The notes under the pieces are model-generated. The model was given only the letters and a program-made list of their open reading frames with translations. It searched no databases and was not told the DNA's origin. DNA of 32,000 nt. Source: Gemmata obscuriglobus. Lineage in GTDB: Bacteria > Planctomycetota > Planctomycetia > Gemmatales > Gemmataceae. Positions within the stretch are counted from its first letter, which is position 1; every line of letters begins with the position of its first letter. The stretch spans positions 5,910,001 through 5,942,000 of the forward strand of contig NZ_CP042911.1 in NCBI RefSeq assembly GCF_008065095.1, read 5' to 3'. Below, one piece after another: positions 16,212 to 24,967 of this stretch. The position numbers were made by a program, and so were the translations under genes.

Positions 16212-16537
16212 GGAGAAGCGGAAGGGAAAGGTTGTACGTCGCAGAAGTGACCGTGCCACAGCTCGGCGGTTCGCGCAAGCGGTTTCTTCGGACACGGGTC
16301 GCAAGGCGTGCAGGCGGCTGCTGGAAACATCGTCCCCGTATCCCTACAGTTTAGTTGGTGCCCGTGTCAGCATAACGTGTGCTGGTGGTTTGCCCGATGC
16401 CGGTCCTGCCAGCACCCAATTTTCGGTGTGCCGCCACCCTGTTGCCCCATCGACATGGCGGCGAACCTTTAGCAGTGATCCGTTCGGGCAGGGACTCAAG
16501 GAATCCGGCAAATTCCCAAGCTAGAAAAGAGGGCGCG

Positions 16538-17299
16538 ATGTCGTTCGCCGTTCTTAATCCAGCGACAGCCGCATTCTACAAGCTCGCCGCCGTGGATTCG
16601 ATCTTGAAGCCGCCGGCCGCTGGCACCCAAGCCGCGCATCTCGTCGATATGCGAGACCGCCTGAACCGCTTCCCAAGCGCCCCTCCAGATCGCCCAGCCC
16701 ATATAGACACAGAACTTCCCCTCCGCCGCAGCTTGCGGAAGATCGTACGTGGCGAGAATCTTCTTGAAGCGGCATTGCTATGGGATCCGCCTTCTGCTGG
16801 GGCGAGCGACACTGATGCCAAAAAAATCACCTCTGGGCGTCGAGGCCTCCAATGGAAGCTCGTGATGGCCTACGGAGGATTCGAATTGTTAGCCAAGGCG
16901 GTCTTGAACCGTACCAAGCAAGGGCTGGGGCCTAACGATTTTACCGATCTTGTCGGGGCTTGTGTATTGCCAGCGTTCAACCAGATAACTGTGCCGGCTT
17001 TGACGCAGCAGCAGTGGGATGACTGGTTTGATGGAATGGCGGCGCCTGACGACTACCTTGATTTTCTCGGCGTCGATGGTGGAGACAAAAACGCACTTCA
17101 ATCTTGGCTTCGCGATGGCATTGCGGTCACCACCTGGCCAGGCTGTATATCACTAGCGAAAGCATTGCGAAACCCAATCGCACACGGCTCACTCTCTCCG
17201 CGCAAGGTCAACGAGTGGAAGCTAACTGAAGCTATCAAGCGGCTTCCCAGCGATCTCGCGGTTATCGCCGCAGCCGCCTTGACGTGCCTCACCCTCTGA
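16538..17299 (+). CDS. Hypothetical protein with HEPN-like Rx4H motif (253 aa)
   Basis: Start taken at MSFAVLN (ATG 16538). ISLAKALRNPIAHGSLS (R211-H216, nt 17168..17185) fits the HEPN R-N-x-x-x-H signature near the C-terminus and is followed by one more helix-like segment. Codon usage is lower in G+C than in core genes. Confidence 0.55.
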   Translation: MSFAVLNPATAAFYKLAAVDSILKPPAAGTQAAHLVDMRDRLNRFPSAPPDRPAHIDTELPLRRSLRKIVRGENLLEAALLWDPPSAGASDTDAKKITSGRRGLQWKLVMAYGGFELLAKAVLNRTKQGLGPNDFTDLVGACVLPAFNQITVPALTQQQWDDWFDGMAAPDDYLDFLGVDGGDKNALQSWLRDGIAVTTWPGCISLAKALRNPIAHGSLSPRKVNEWKLTEAIKRLPSDLAVIAAAALTCLTL

Positions 17300-17320
17300 T
17301 GCTCTTTACCGTTGGCTTTG

Positions 17321-17383
17321 CCCCGCTTCCAAGTGCCGACCAGTTTGGTGGCGTCGTGCGGGGCTTCTTTGGGCGATGGCCGG
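17321..17383 (+). terminator. Putative terminator hairpin after the HEPN-like gene
   Basis: GCCCCGC ... GCGGGGC stem with an inner CCAA/TTGG pairing, followed by TTCTTTGGG. Confidence 0.3.
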
Positions 17384-17408
17384 CGTGTGCTCGCTTCGCT
17401 GACGAACT

Positions 17409-17963
17409 TCACACCGTCCAGTCCAGCGCCACAAGCCCGATCACCAATTCCGAGATGGCTTCGCGGATCGCGGTGATTGCGTGAGCGGGAAGCTGATCGT
17501 GCAGGGAGATCGAGATGAGCCCCTCGTGCCGAAAGGCCGTGGTCTGCTCCCGCGCCTGATCGAAAAGCTCCTCGACATCCTCGACCAGTTCCGCGTTCTC
17601 CCCGCTGAGACCCATCGACCTGGCGCTGAAGGAGATCTGCAACTGGTAGTGCGGGAGCTTCTTCTTGTCCCAGTGCTGAACGAGAACGTAGAAGACGAAG
17701 ATCGGTTTCGATCGGTCGGGGTGGCGGATTTTGAAGATCGCATCCATCCCCTTTAGCTCTGATTCCTGCCTGCCTTCAATGAACGTCTCGACGCCCCACG
17801 CCGTGCGCTGCTCTTCCGAGAGCCACCATTGGGCAAGGTCGTCGAGTTGCTGGCCACCTGTAGCTACTTCCGCAGGCTTGCAAAGCAGACACCGATCCGG
17901 CTGATCGAGCGCCAAGAGATGCGGGATGTTTACAGGTTGGTTGACTTCCAAGACCGCATCCAT
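17409..17963 (-). CDS. Hypothetical protein (184 aa from MDAVLEVNQ)
   Basis: Intact ORF convergent with the HEPN-like gene. No family recognised. Same lower-G+C look. Confidence 0.5.
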   Translation of the reverse strand: MDAVLEVNQPVNIPHLLALDQPDRCLLCKPAEVATGGQQLDDLAQWWLSEEQRTAWGVETFIEGRQESELKGMDAIFKIRHPDRSKPIFVFYVLVQHWDKKKLPHYQLQISFSARSMGLSGENAELVEDVEELFDQAREQTTAFRHEGLISISLHDQLPAHAITAIREAISELVIGLVALDWTV

Positions 17964-18038
17964 CTGATCGTCCTCACGGTGGCAACTTCGGCTCCGAAAG
18001 CTCAAGCTACTCGCCCCTTCGTTTCGCCGCAACGTGCC

Positions 18039-18091
18039 TCACGCCTTATCGAGGCACGCGTCCACCACCCAGCACCCTCTCACGTGCGGTC
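18039..18091 (-). pseudogene. Displaced 3' end (last 17 codons) of the paralog-family gene cut by the IS3 element
   Basis: Reading on from 19333 after deleting the IS and one GTC copy gives ...HCRGEGPHVRGCWVVDACLDKA*. Confidence 0.75.
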
Positions 18092-18135
18092 TACAGTGGA
18101 CCCCATTGTCTAGACCAAAAAGTTGCTATCCTTCG

Positions 18136-18906
18136 CTACTGTTTCGTCGGGGCCTTCGTGGCTCCGACGCCATACACCTGAGCCGGGGTGCGGTAGTCCA
18201 GGGACTGGTGTAACCGCTCGGTGTTGTAGAACCCGAAGTACGCCCGGAGCCCACTCTCCAGGGCCGGCACCGACTCGTAACCCTTGAGGTACACGTCCTC
18301 GTACTTGACGCTCCGCCACAGGCGCTCCACGAACACGTTGTCCAGGCACCGGCCCCGCCCGTCCATGCTCACCGCGACCCCGGCCCGCTCCAATCGCCCG
18401 ACCCACGCGGCGGCCGTGAACTGGACTCCCTGGTCCGTGTTGAACACCTCCGGCTTGCCCCGGCCCAAGGCCTCCTCCAGCATGTCCTGGCAGAATGACC
18501 CGTCCAACGTGTTGGACAGTCGCCAGGCCACCACGTACCGGCTGAACCAGTCCATCGTTGCGGCCAGGTACATGAACCCGGTGGGCATCGGGATGTACGT
18601 GATGTCCGTGCTCCACACCTGATGGACCCGGTCGATGGCCACGCCCCGCAACAGGTACGGGTACACCTTGTGCCCGGACCCGACCGACAGCTTGGGCTTG
18701 GGGTACAGGGCCTCCAACCCCATGATCCGCAACAGCCGCTGCACCCGCTTGCGGTTCACCTCGTGGCCCTGGGTGCCCAGCCACGCGGCCAGGCGCCGGC
18801 TCCCGTAGAACGGGCACGTCGTGTACTGCTCGTCGATCAACCGCATCAGCGTCAGGTTCTCCGCGCTCTCCGGGGTCGGCTCGTAGTACACCGTCGAGCG
18901 GTTCAA
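18136..18906 (-). CDS. IS3-family transposase OrfB (DDE / rve core); the frame is open upstream to the A-run at about 18997
   Basis: WSTDITYI, FNTDQGVQF and DNVFVERLWRSVKYE give the D, D, E context. The upstream extension reads KNRPPSAEAKRARIEAEHPELSVRRQCELIGLNRSTVYY. Confidence 0.9.
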   Translation of the reverse strand: MNRSTVYYEPTPESAENLTLMRLIDEQYTTCPFYGSRRLAAWLGTQGHEVNRKRVQRLLRIMGLEALYPKPKLSVGSGHKVYPYLLRGVAIDRVHQVWSTDITYIPMPTGFMYLAATMDWFSRYVVAWRLSNTLDGSFCQDMLEEALGRGKPEVFNTDQGVQFTAAAWVGRLERAGVAVSMDGRGRCLDNVFVERLWRSVKYEDVYLKGYESVPALESGLRAYFGFYNTERLHQSLDYRTPAQVYGVGATKAPTKQ

Positions 18907-18976
18907 TCCGATCAGCTCGCACTGGCGCCGGACGCTCAGCTCCGGGTGCTCGGCCTCGATCCGGGCACGCTTGGCC

Positions 18977-19264
18977 TCAGCCGAGGGCGGCCGATTTTTT
19001 TTTCACCCAGTCGAGTTCCACCTTGAGGCGGCCGATCTGCTCGTACAACTCGGTCGTCTTGTCTTCCGGGGGGCCGGTGCCCTTCGCCCCCGAGGCGAAC
19101 ACGGCCTCGGCCCCGGTGAGCAACTGCTTCTTCCACCCATGAATCAGGGTCGGGTGGACGCCGTGCTGACTCGCCAGTTCGTTGATGGTCTTGTCGCCCT
19201 TGAGGGCCGCCAGCGCGACCTGGGCCTTGAACGCCGCCGAGTGACTCTTCCGCTTGCCCGCCAT
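18977..19264 (-). CDS. IS3-family transposase OrfA (HTH)
   Basis: MAGKRKSHSAAFKAQVALAALKGDKTINELASQHGVHPTLIHGWKKQL... is typical of IS3/IS911 OrfA. It ends just after the A9 run. Confidence 0.9.
   Translation of the reverse strand: MAGKRKSHSAAFKAQVALAALKGDKTINELASQHGVHPTLIHGWKKQLLTGAEAVFASGAKGTGPPEDKTTELYEQIGRLKVELDWVKKKSAALG
18995..19003 (-). promoter_or_regulatory. A9 homopolymer (T9 on the plus strand) at the orfA/orfB junction; recoding or slippage site
   Basis: The minus strand reads GTG AAA AAA AAA TCG. orfB is in the +1 frame relative to orfA (codon phase 19264 mod 3 = 1 against 18906 mod 3 = 0). Confidence 0.6.
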
Positions 19265-19324
19265 GGGTTCCCCTTTCCTGGGCCTCCGGTATAGCTTAAC
19301 CGGCGGTCCAGTTTTCGGGGTCCA

Positions 19325-19813
19325 CTATAGTCCTTCTCCCCGGCAGTGCGTCAGAATCGCTTCGTCCGCGCATCCCGCATCCTGGAGGGCGTCAGCCAGG
19401 ATCGGCATCGCGGAGAAGTCCTTGCAGTCGTACATCGCTTGCGCGAGTGCAAGGACGGTATCGGTCCGCCACTCGGGGAGGAACTCGCACGGGGTGAGGA
19501 TCTCAGCAACGACGTCGAGGTATTCCGGGCCGTCGGGCGTGTCGTCGAGCGGTGATGACGGAGGCGGTAGCTTCCACTCCTGCATTCCTTGGTTCTCGGC
19601 AACCAGCGTTACGGTTGAGCCGTCTTCCAGTGTGATAACTTCGGGCAATGCATATTCAGTTGTCAGGGCGATGGTTGTTGGTGGAAGGTCTTCTTCTTCG
19701 ATTACAGCAGCACGGACCTCATGGGGGACAAGGCACCACATGGAACGGATGCACGCACACGCCAGAAGGCGGAGCTTGCGGGGAGACGCATCCGGTAGGA
19801 GATGGAGGGACAT
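19325..19813 (-). pseudogene. Planctomycete paralog-family protein (C-terminal ...LADALQDAGC...HCR..GPHVRGCWVVD type), 3' end clipped by IS3
   Basis: RKLRLLACACIRSMW... and ILADALQDAGCADEAILTHCRGEG. The current stop (TAG) lies inside the IS terminus. Confidence 0.7.
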
Positions 19814-19924
19814 GGGTACAGCATGACCGCGAGATGGGAGGGAAGCAAGGGGCGAGTCCTGCGGACCGGGCTCTTCCGCGACTGCGCTTACGCTGCGGTC
19901 CTGCGGACGCCTTCGGGAATGGAT

Positions 19925-20446
19925 TCAGAGAACGTGTTTCCAAGTCAGACCGAGCCAAAGACTCCGAACAGTGCCTCCGGAGACGCCAAATCGCGTAGCA
20001 AGCTGATCTGAGGTCGCTGTGCCTTTCAGGGAACGCAGTTCCCGAACTTGCTGATGCGTCAACTTCGGGATGCCATTAGAACGAAGGCCGTTCGCCACGG
20101 CGTGGAGAAAATTCTCGTAGTGAGTCGCGTACTCAAGATTATTCGGCGCGTTATTTGTTTTATCGCCGTCTTTGTGGTTGATTGTAGCCCCGTTGGGGCG
20201 TGGGCCAATAAATGCAGCGCAGACGGCGCCGTGCGCAGTAAGGTTGTACACCTCGCCTTCGCAGGTCAGCCTGAAACACAAATAGCCCTTGTGGTTTGTG
20301 GCAGGTTTTAGCACCCTTCCTGCTGGGCACCCACCGGCGGCTTTGATCCTCCGGATTCTCCCTAGGTTTGACACCTGATGTGTTGACTCAAGGCCTGGTA
20401 GTGATCTCCATTCTTCTGTTGCGAATTTCGCATCCTTCTGTATCAT
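19925..20446 (-). CDS. NUMOD4 + HNH_3 homing-endonuclease-like protein with C-terminal HTH (copy 2, 173 aa)
   Basis: EEWRSLPGLESTHQVSNLGRIRR (NUMOD4). LTAHGAVCAAFIGPRPNGATINHKDGDKTNNAPNNLE (HNH_3). LTHQQVRELRSL...LATRFGVSGGTVRSL (HTH). ATG 20446 has GGAGG 4 nt upstream. Confidence 0.8.
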   Translation of the reverse strand: MIQKDAKFATEEWRSLPGLESTHQVSNLGRIRRIKAAGGCPAGRVLKPATNHKGYLCFRLTCEGEVYNLTAHGAVCAAFIGPRPNGATINHKDGDKTNNAPNNLEYATHYENFLHAVANGLRSNGIPKLTHQQVRELRSLKGTATSDQLATRFGVSGGTVRSLWLGLTWKHVL

Positions 20447-20513
20447 TTCACCTCCATCGTAAAGCAATGGAGAGAATAACCCTTGTGTGAAAACGCGCAA
20501 GGGTTTTCTTTTG
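20447..20513 (-). promoter_or_regulatory. Conserved 5' leader of HNH copy 2 (SD-sequestering hairpin plus upstream hairpin)
   Basis: CTCCAT (20452..20457) pairs with ATGGAG (20467..20472) with a 9-nt loop, so the SD lies in the 3' arm on the minus-strand RNA. A hairpin pairs 20478..20485 with 20498..20505 and is followed on the plus strand by TTTTCTTTTG. The 3' half is nearly identical to 7806..7826. Confidence 0.5.
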
Positions 20514-20775
20514 CGATCCGGCTGCGCCGTCGGTTCCCCTCCACGCTCGCTGGCGATCGGTCGCGAGCGACTGCCTGCGACACGCTCCGGTCAACCTATC
20601 GCGGCTGTTGCACGAGCAGTGCAGGTGTGGCACTGTCGGGGCGCTGCGGCGACGCTGAAAGCAGAAGCGAGTGTCCAATGAAACGAGGCGATTAGGGCCG
20701 TCCTCGCGTAGAAATGCGTAACATTGGCTGGAAAACCCCTTACCTAGCCGGAGTTGCGCCCGGTCCGCAGCACTC

Positions 20776-21453
20776 TCAAGTCCTTTCAAAACTGGCCGCC
20801 CAATCGCGGACGACGCGGGCCATCTCGACGAATACATCCTCGTTACTGGCTCGGGTCTTCTTGAGAACCTTGTAACCGTGGTCTGCCGTGTCGAGTTCGT
20901 GCAGCGTTGCGCGGCTTCCGAGTTTCTGCACTACCGGTTTCAGCAGGCTCATCTCCGCGAGTTCATCCCGCGTACCGCTCAGGAAGAGCATCGGGACGGA
21001 GACCTGTGCGAGGTGATCCGCACGCTTCGTTTCGGGCTTGCCCGCCAGGTGGAGCGGGAAGGAAAAGAAGACGAGGCCTGCCACGCCTTCCAGCGGTGAT
21101 TCAGAAGCCGCCGTGGACGTCATCCGCCCGCTAAACGAATGGCCGCCCGCCAGGAGGGGAAGGTTGGGAGCAGTTTTGTGCGCTGCTTCTATGGCCGAGC
21201 GAATCGTTTGCGTGCAGACGGCTTGTCCGTCCCGGCCCTTGCCGTGCTCCGAGTAGGGGAAATTGTACCGGAACGTCGCGATGCCCACCTCGGCCAGTCG
21301 CTCGGCGATCGACCGCAGCGTGGCGTGCCGCATGTTCGTGCTGGCCCCGTGGCCGAGGACAAGCAGGTGCGTCGCGTCATTGGGGTGGATCAGCAGAGCG
21401 GAGACTTCGCCCTTTTCCGGTGTGGCGAGGAATCGCTGTTCCTTTTCGTTCAT
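20776..21453 (-). CDS. Alpha/beta hydrolase (KANL3/Tex30-like, dienelactone-hydrolase fold), 225 aa
   Basis: Start at MNEKEQRF (ATG 21453). LLVLGHGAS, nucleophile elbow GGHSFSG, LFLSGTRDE and DHGY give a catalytic-triad context. Confidence 0.8.
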   Translation of the reverse strand: MNEKEQRFLATPEKGEVSALLIHPNDATHLLVLGHGASTNMRHATLRSIAERLAEVGIATFRYNFPYSEHGKGRDGQAVCTQTIRSAIEAAHKTAPNLPLLAGGHSFSGRMTSTAASESPLEGVAGLVFFSFPLHLAGKPETKRADHLAQVSVPMLFLSGTRDELAEMSLLKPVVQKLGSRATLHELDTADHGYKVLKKTRASNEDVFVEMARVVRDWAASFERT

Positions 21454-21640
21454 GGCTGCTCTTGGGACTTTTGCTTGTTGCACGAAGGCGGCGGGTGCGC
21501 TACGGTCGGGGTTGCTGCGGCACCCCTGTAAGGGGCATTGCCAACCCTGCTTCGATGACGCCAGAAGGACGCGTAACCCTGCGGCTACAGAGCGAAGATG
21601 GCGAGGCAAGCGTGTAGGTGTGAGCCCTCCCCGCAGCACC

Positions 21641-22030
21641 TCACACCCGATACTGCTCGTCGCTGACCTGCTCCAGCCACTCTGCCGTCTTCCCGTCGAG
21701 CTTCTCCTGGATGGCGATGTGCGTCATCGCGGACGTTTCCGTTGCTCCGTGCCAGTGCTTTTCACCCGGTGGGAACCAGATCACGTCGCCGGTTCGGAGT
21801 TCTTCTTTCGGGCCACCCCAGCGTTGTGCCCAGCCGGTTCCAGCCGTCACAATTAGGGTCTGACCGAGGGGGTGGGTGTGCTAGGCTGTCCGTGCCCCAG
21901 GCTCGAACGTCACGCTGGCGCTCACGGCACGGGCAGGTTCCGGGGCTTCGATCAGCGGCTCGATATGCACGGTTCCGGTGAAGTAATTCTCCGGGCCGGG
22001 GTTCGAGGTACGGTTTCGCTTGATGTCCAT
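21641..22030 (-). pseudogene. Cupin-domain protein with an in-frame amber codon
   Basis: My translation from ATG 22030: [95 protein letters not shown]... The TAG at 21881..21883 sits where this family has W (GARTAWHTHP). Confidence 0.75.
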
Positions 22031-22033
22031 GGT

Positions 22034-22414
22034 TCACTCCACCTTCGTTGCGATCCACCACGTCGTGCCGCCCGCGTCCTTGACCCCGCCGCGCTTGTCC
22101 GGGTCGTCCTTCTTTGTGGGCTCCTGAACGGCTGTGGCTCCCGCTTCCAGAGCGAGCTTGAACGTGGCGTCGACGTCTTCAACATACACGTGGACGTGGG
22201 CGGGGATCGGAGGCCAGCCTTCCGCACCGTCCGCGATCATCACTACCGTGTCGCCGATTTGTACCTCGGAGTGCATGATCCGGCCATCTTCGCCCGGGAA
22301 GCGGCGGATCTCGGTTGCGTCGAAGACGCGGGTGAGGAACTCGATGGTTGTGCTTGCACCGCTCACGATCAGGTACGGGGAGACCGTGGTGTAGCCGTCG
22401 GGTTTGAAGGGCAT
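22034..22414 (-). CDS. VOC / glyoxalase-family protein (126 aa)
   Basis: MPFKPDGYTTVSPYLIVSGASTTIEFLTRVF...IMHSEVQIGDTVVMIADG...GGVKDAGGTTWWIA is a typical PhnB-like VOC pattern. Its stop is 3 nt from the cupin start. Confidence 0.8.
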   Translation of the reverse strand: MPFKPDGYTTVSPYLIVSGASTTIEFLTRVFDATEIRRFPGEDGRIMHSEVQIGDTVVMIADGAEGWPPIPAHVHVYVEDVDATFKLALEAGATAVQEPTKKDDPDKRGGVKDAGGTTWWIATKVE

Positions 22415-23144
22415 GGAAACCTCATGGTTCGGGTGAGGTTCCCTATCGCAGAAATGCGGTCGATGTGCGAGCTGAGTTGGTTGACTTCCCGATGCGCGCA
22501 GGAACGGGCCGCGGATACATTCCCGCAGCCCTGTTCGCAGGTTAGGTTTTGGGTTGTGAAACGACCGGCTCCCGTCAACTATCCGGGGCGTGCGGGAGGG
22601 CCTCTCTGGGCACAATGTGCGGTGGGACAGAGTAGCTAAGGAGCTGCGTGTGCATCGCATGGCCTCCTGGGTCTCGGGCGGTAGGTCCGAAGTGTCGCCC
22701 GACATACGGATTCTACGCAGATGTCGCGTCGGAACGCAACTGCGAAGTTAGATTCTGGGGGAGAGAAAACCCTTCAAAAAGCAGGGCTTGGGAGAGAGGG
22801 TCGTGATCAGACGTTGTCGTCACAGTGAGGGCAGCCGTCATCGGTCAGGCGGGTCAGGTCGTCGTGATCCACCGTGATGGGAGCTTGCATCCTTGAGCCC
22901 TCAGTGTGTTTTGGATGCGAGTGGTAAAGCAGCGAGTGTGCCATGTCAGGGTCCGGATCTTTTTCGAGTTTTCTTGAGTGGGTTTTGGGGCGCAATCGGT
23001 GGTTTCTTTCGCGCTTCTTCTGAATGGGGATACCGCTTCGGCAGGCTGGGGCGTTCCGTGAAGGTGGGCGGGGTGCAATTTGTTCTTTTCGGTGGGTACG
23101 AAGTACATTGTCGTTGTAAACGTGGAAAACCTTACCGGTGGCGT

Positions 23145-24221
23145 ATGAGCGAAGCTGTCTCGATCAGTGCCTCGCGGTCTGGGCTGATCATCCGTGAGAA
23201 GGAACCGGCGAATCTGGAGTTCCCGTTCGCTTCGCTCACCCCCGTCACCCCAACCAACGAGTTCTTCGTCCGCACGCACTTTCCCATTCCGGCGATCTCT
23301 GCGAAGGACTGGACGCTGACCGTCGACGGGGAGGTCGAGCAGGAGCTGGTCCTGACGTATGACGACCTGCTCCGTTTGCCCTCGGTAACCGCTCCCGTTC
23401 TGCTGGAATGCGCGGGCAACGGCCGGGCGCAGCTCGTTCCGAAGGCCAAGGGGCTGTTGTGGGACACCGGAGCCGTTGGCACCGCGGAATGGACCGGGGT
23501 GCCCCTCTCGGCCGTGCTGGAAAAGGCCGGGGTGAAGAAGGGTGCCGTCGACGTCATCCTCCAGGGAGCGGACAAAGGGGAGGTCGACGATCCAAAGTCT
23601 CCGGGAGTGGTTCACTTCGAGCGGAGCCTGCCACTGGCGAAGGCGATGCGGCCCGAGGTGTTCCTGGCTTACAAGATGAACGGGAAGGATCTGACGCCGG
23701 ACCACGGTTTTCCGGTACGCGCCATCGTCGGCGGGTGGTACGGGATGGCCTCGGTGAAGTGGCTGACGCACGTGACCGTTACAGCGGCACCGTTCGAGGG
23801 GTTCTGGCAGTCACTGGAGTACGCTTACTGGAAGCGTGAGCGTGAGCGGCCCACGCTGACCGCCGTCACCGAGGTTCAGGTAAAAGCTCAGATCGCCCGC
23901 CCGGCGCTGTCTGAAGCCGTTCCTGGAGGGAAGCCGTACCGGGTGTTCGGGGCAGCGTGGAGCGGTGAGTCGGACGTGGTCAGGGTGGAGGTCAGCACGG
24001 ACGGGAAGACGTGGTCGGAGGCCACGCTGCTGGGTGAATCGGTGCCGTTTGCGTGGCGGCTGTGGGCGTTCCAGTGGAACGTTCCCGAAGCCACCGGGCA
24101 GTACAGGGTGATGGCCCGGGCCACCGACACGAAGGGTCACACACAGCCAGTGAAGCACGACTCGGACCGACGGACCTACATGATCAACTTTGCTTTCGCT
24201 GTTGAGGTCGAGGTGGTGTGA
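23145..24221 (+). CDS. Sulfite-oxidase-family molybdopterin oxidoreductase (358 aa)
   Basis: FFVRTHFPIP, VLLECAGNGRA (Moco-ligand Cys context), FLAYKMNGKDLTPDHGFPVRAIVGGWYGMASVKWL, then an Ig-like dimerisation domain. Confidence 0.85.
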   Translation: MSEAVSISASRSGLIIREKEPANLEFPFASLTPVTPTNEFFVRTHFPIPAISAKDWTLTVDGEVEQELVLTYDDLLRLPSVTAPVLLECAGNGRAQLVPKAKGLLWDTGAVGTAEWTGVPLSAVLEKAGVKKGAVDVILQGADKGEVDDPKSPGVVHFERSLPLAKAMRPEVFLAYKMNGKDLTPDHGFPVRAIVGGWYGMASVKWLTHVTVTAAPFEGFWQSLEYAYWKRERERPTLTAVTEVQVKAQIARPALSEAVPGGKPYRVFGAAWSGESDVVRVEVSTDGKTWSEATLLGESVPFAWRLWAFQWNVPEATGQYRVMARATDTKGHTQPVKHDSDRRTYMINFAFAVEVEVV

Positions 24222-24283
24222 TCGGAGGGCACTACAATCGCCCCTGGCGGTCCACGCCGGACGGCCACTTCTCGGAGGCGACC

Positions 24284-24667
24284 ATGAAGGCGATCATCTC
24301 TGCAGTGCTGGTTCTCGGGTTGGGCAGTTTCGCTCGGGCGGAGGACAAAGCGAACCCGGTGGGGACGTGGAAGTGCGAGTATTCCATTGGGGATCAGAAG
24401 CGGACGGCCGAGCTGGTGGTCACGAAGGACGGGGACAAGTTAGCCGGGGTGATGAACTGGCCGGATCAGAAGGACGTGAAGGTCAAGGATCTGAAGTTCA
24501 AGGACGGGGAGCTCTCGTTCTCTGCGGTACGGAAGTTCATGGATAACGAGATCGCCATCGACTACAAGCTGAAGGTTGAAGGGGACAAGATCAAGGGGAA
24601 GGCTGCGACCGAGTTCGGTGGTGAGAAGCGTGAGTTCGACATCGAAGGGAAGCGGGAGAAGAAGTAA
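24284..24667 (+). CDS. Small secreted protein (127 aa) with signal peptide
   Basis: MKAIISAVLVLGLGSFARAEDK signal peptide, followed by a Lys-rich beta-type sequence. Confidence 0.6.
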   Translation: MKAIISAVLVLGLGSFARAEDKANPVGTWKCEYSIGDQKRTAELVVTKDGDKLAGVMNWPDQKDVKVKDLKFKDGELSFSAVRKFMDNEIAIDYKLKVEGDKIKGKAATEFGGEKREFDIEGKREKK

Positions 24668-24967
24668 GGGCGATCCCCTGCGGGGCCGGGCTTTCCACAG
24701 CTCCGCGTTCGCTTCGGCCGCTCCGCGGCTGCCTCCGGCACCATTCCAATCCCTATCGCAAGTACAGGGGACGCCGTCCCCTCTCCGCTTCAACCCCGCC
24801 TTCGGCCCTTCGGCTCCGCTCCTGGAATCTTCCCCGGCCTGCGGCCTCCTCGCGAAACAAGATTCCCTCCGCTCCGGGGGTGTTCCGCTCCCACCCCTGC
24901 GTTCGCCACGTGGCAGAAGGTATCGCCGCTTCGCTGCGACACCTTCAGAACCACAAAGGAGCACATC

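Larger units (their letters stand above)
18092..19329 (-). mobile_element. IS3-family insertion sequence, 1238 bp, complete copy
   Basis: Terminal repeats TACAGTGGACCCC...CTAGACC (18092..) and the reverse complement of the other end, TATAGTGGACCCC...CTGGACC. 3-bp direct repeat GTC at 18089..18091 and 19330..19332. orfA plus orfB arrangement. Confidence 0.9.

Noticed and set aside
22807-22995. A 62-aa minus-strand ORF, or a 27-aa version from MQAPITVDHDDLTRLTDDGCPHCDDNV with an SD-like GAGGG, in the 730-bp gap between the VOC and Moco-oxidoreductase genes.
   Set aside because: It is too short, has no recognisable family, and its start is ambiguous. It is not reported as a gene.
24668-24967. 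GC-rich 300-bp spacer with repeated CTCCGC/GCTCCGC words, compared with 27212..27344 as possible direct repeats (att sites) flanking the Dcm module.
   Set aside because: Only an 8-mer (CTCCGCTC) is shared, which is not significant at this base composition. No convincing direct repeat was found.
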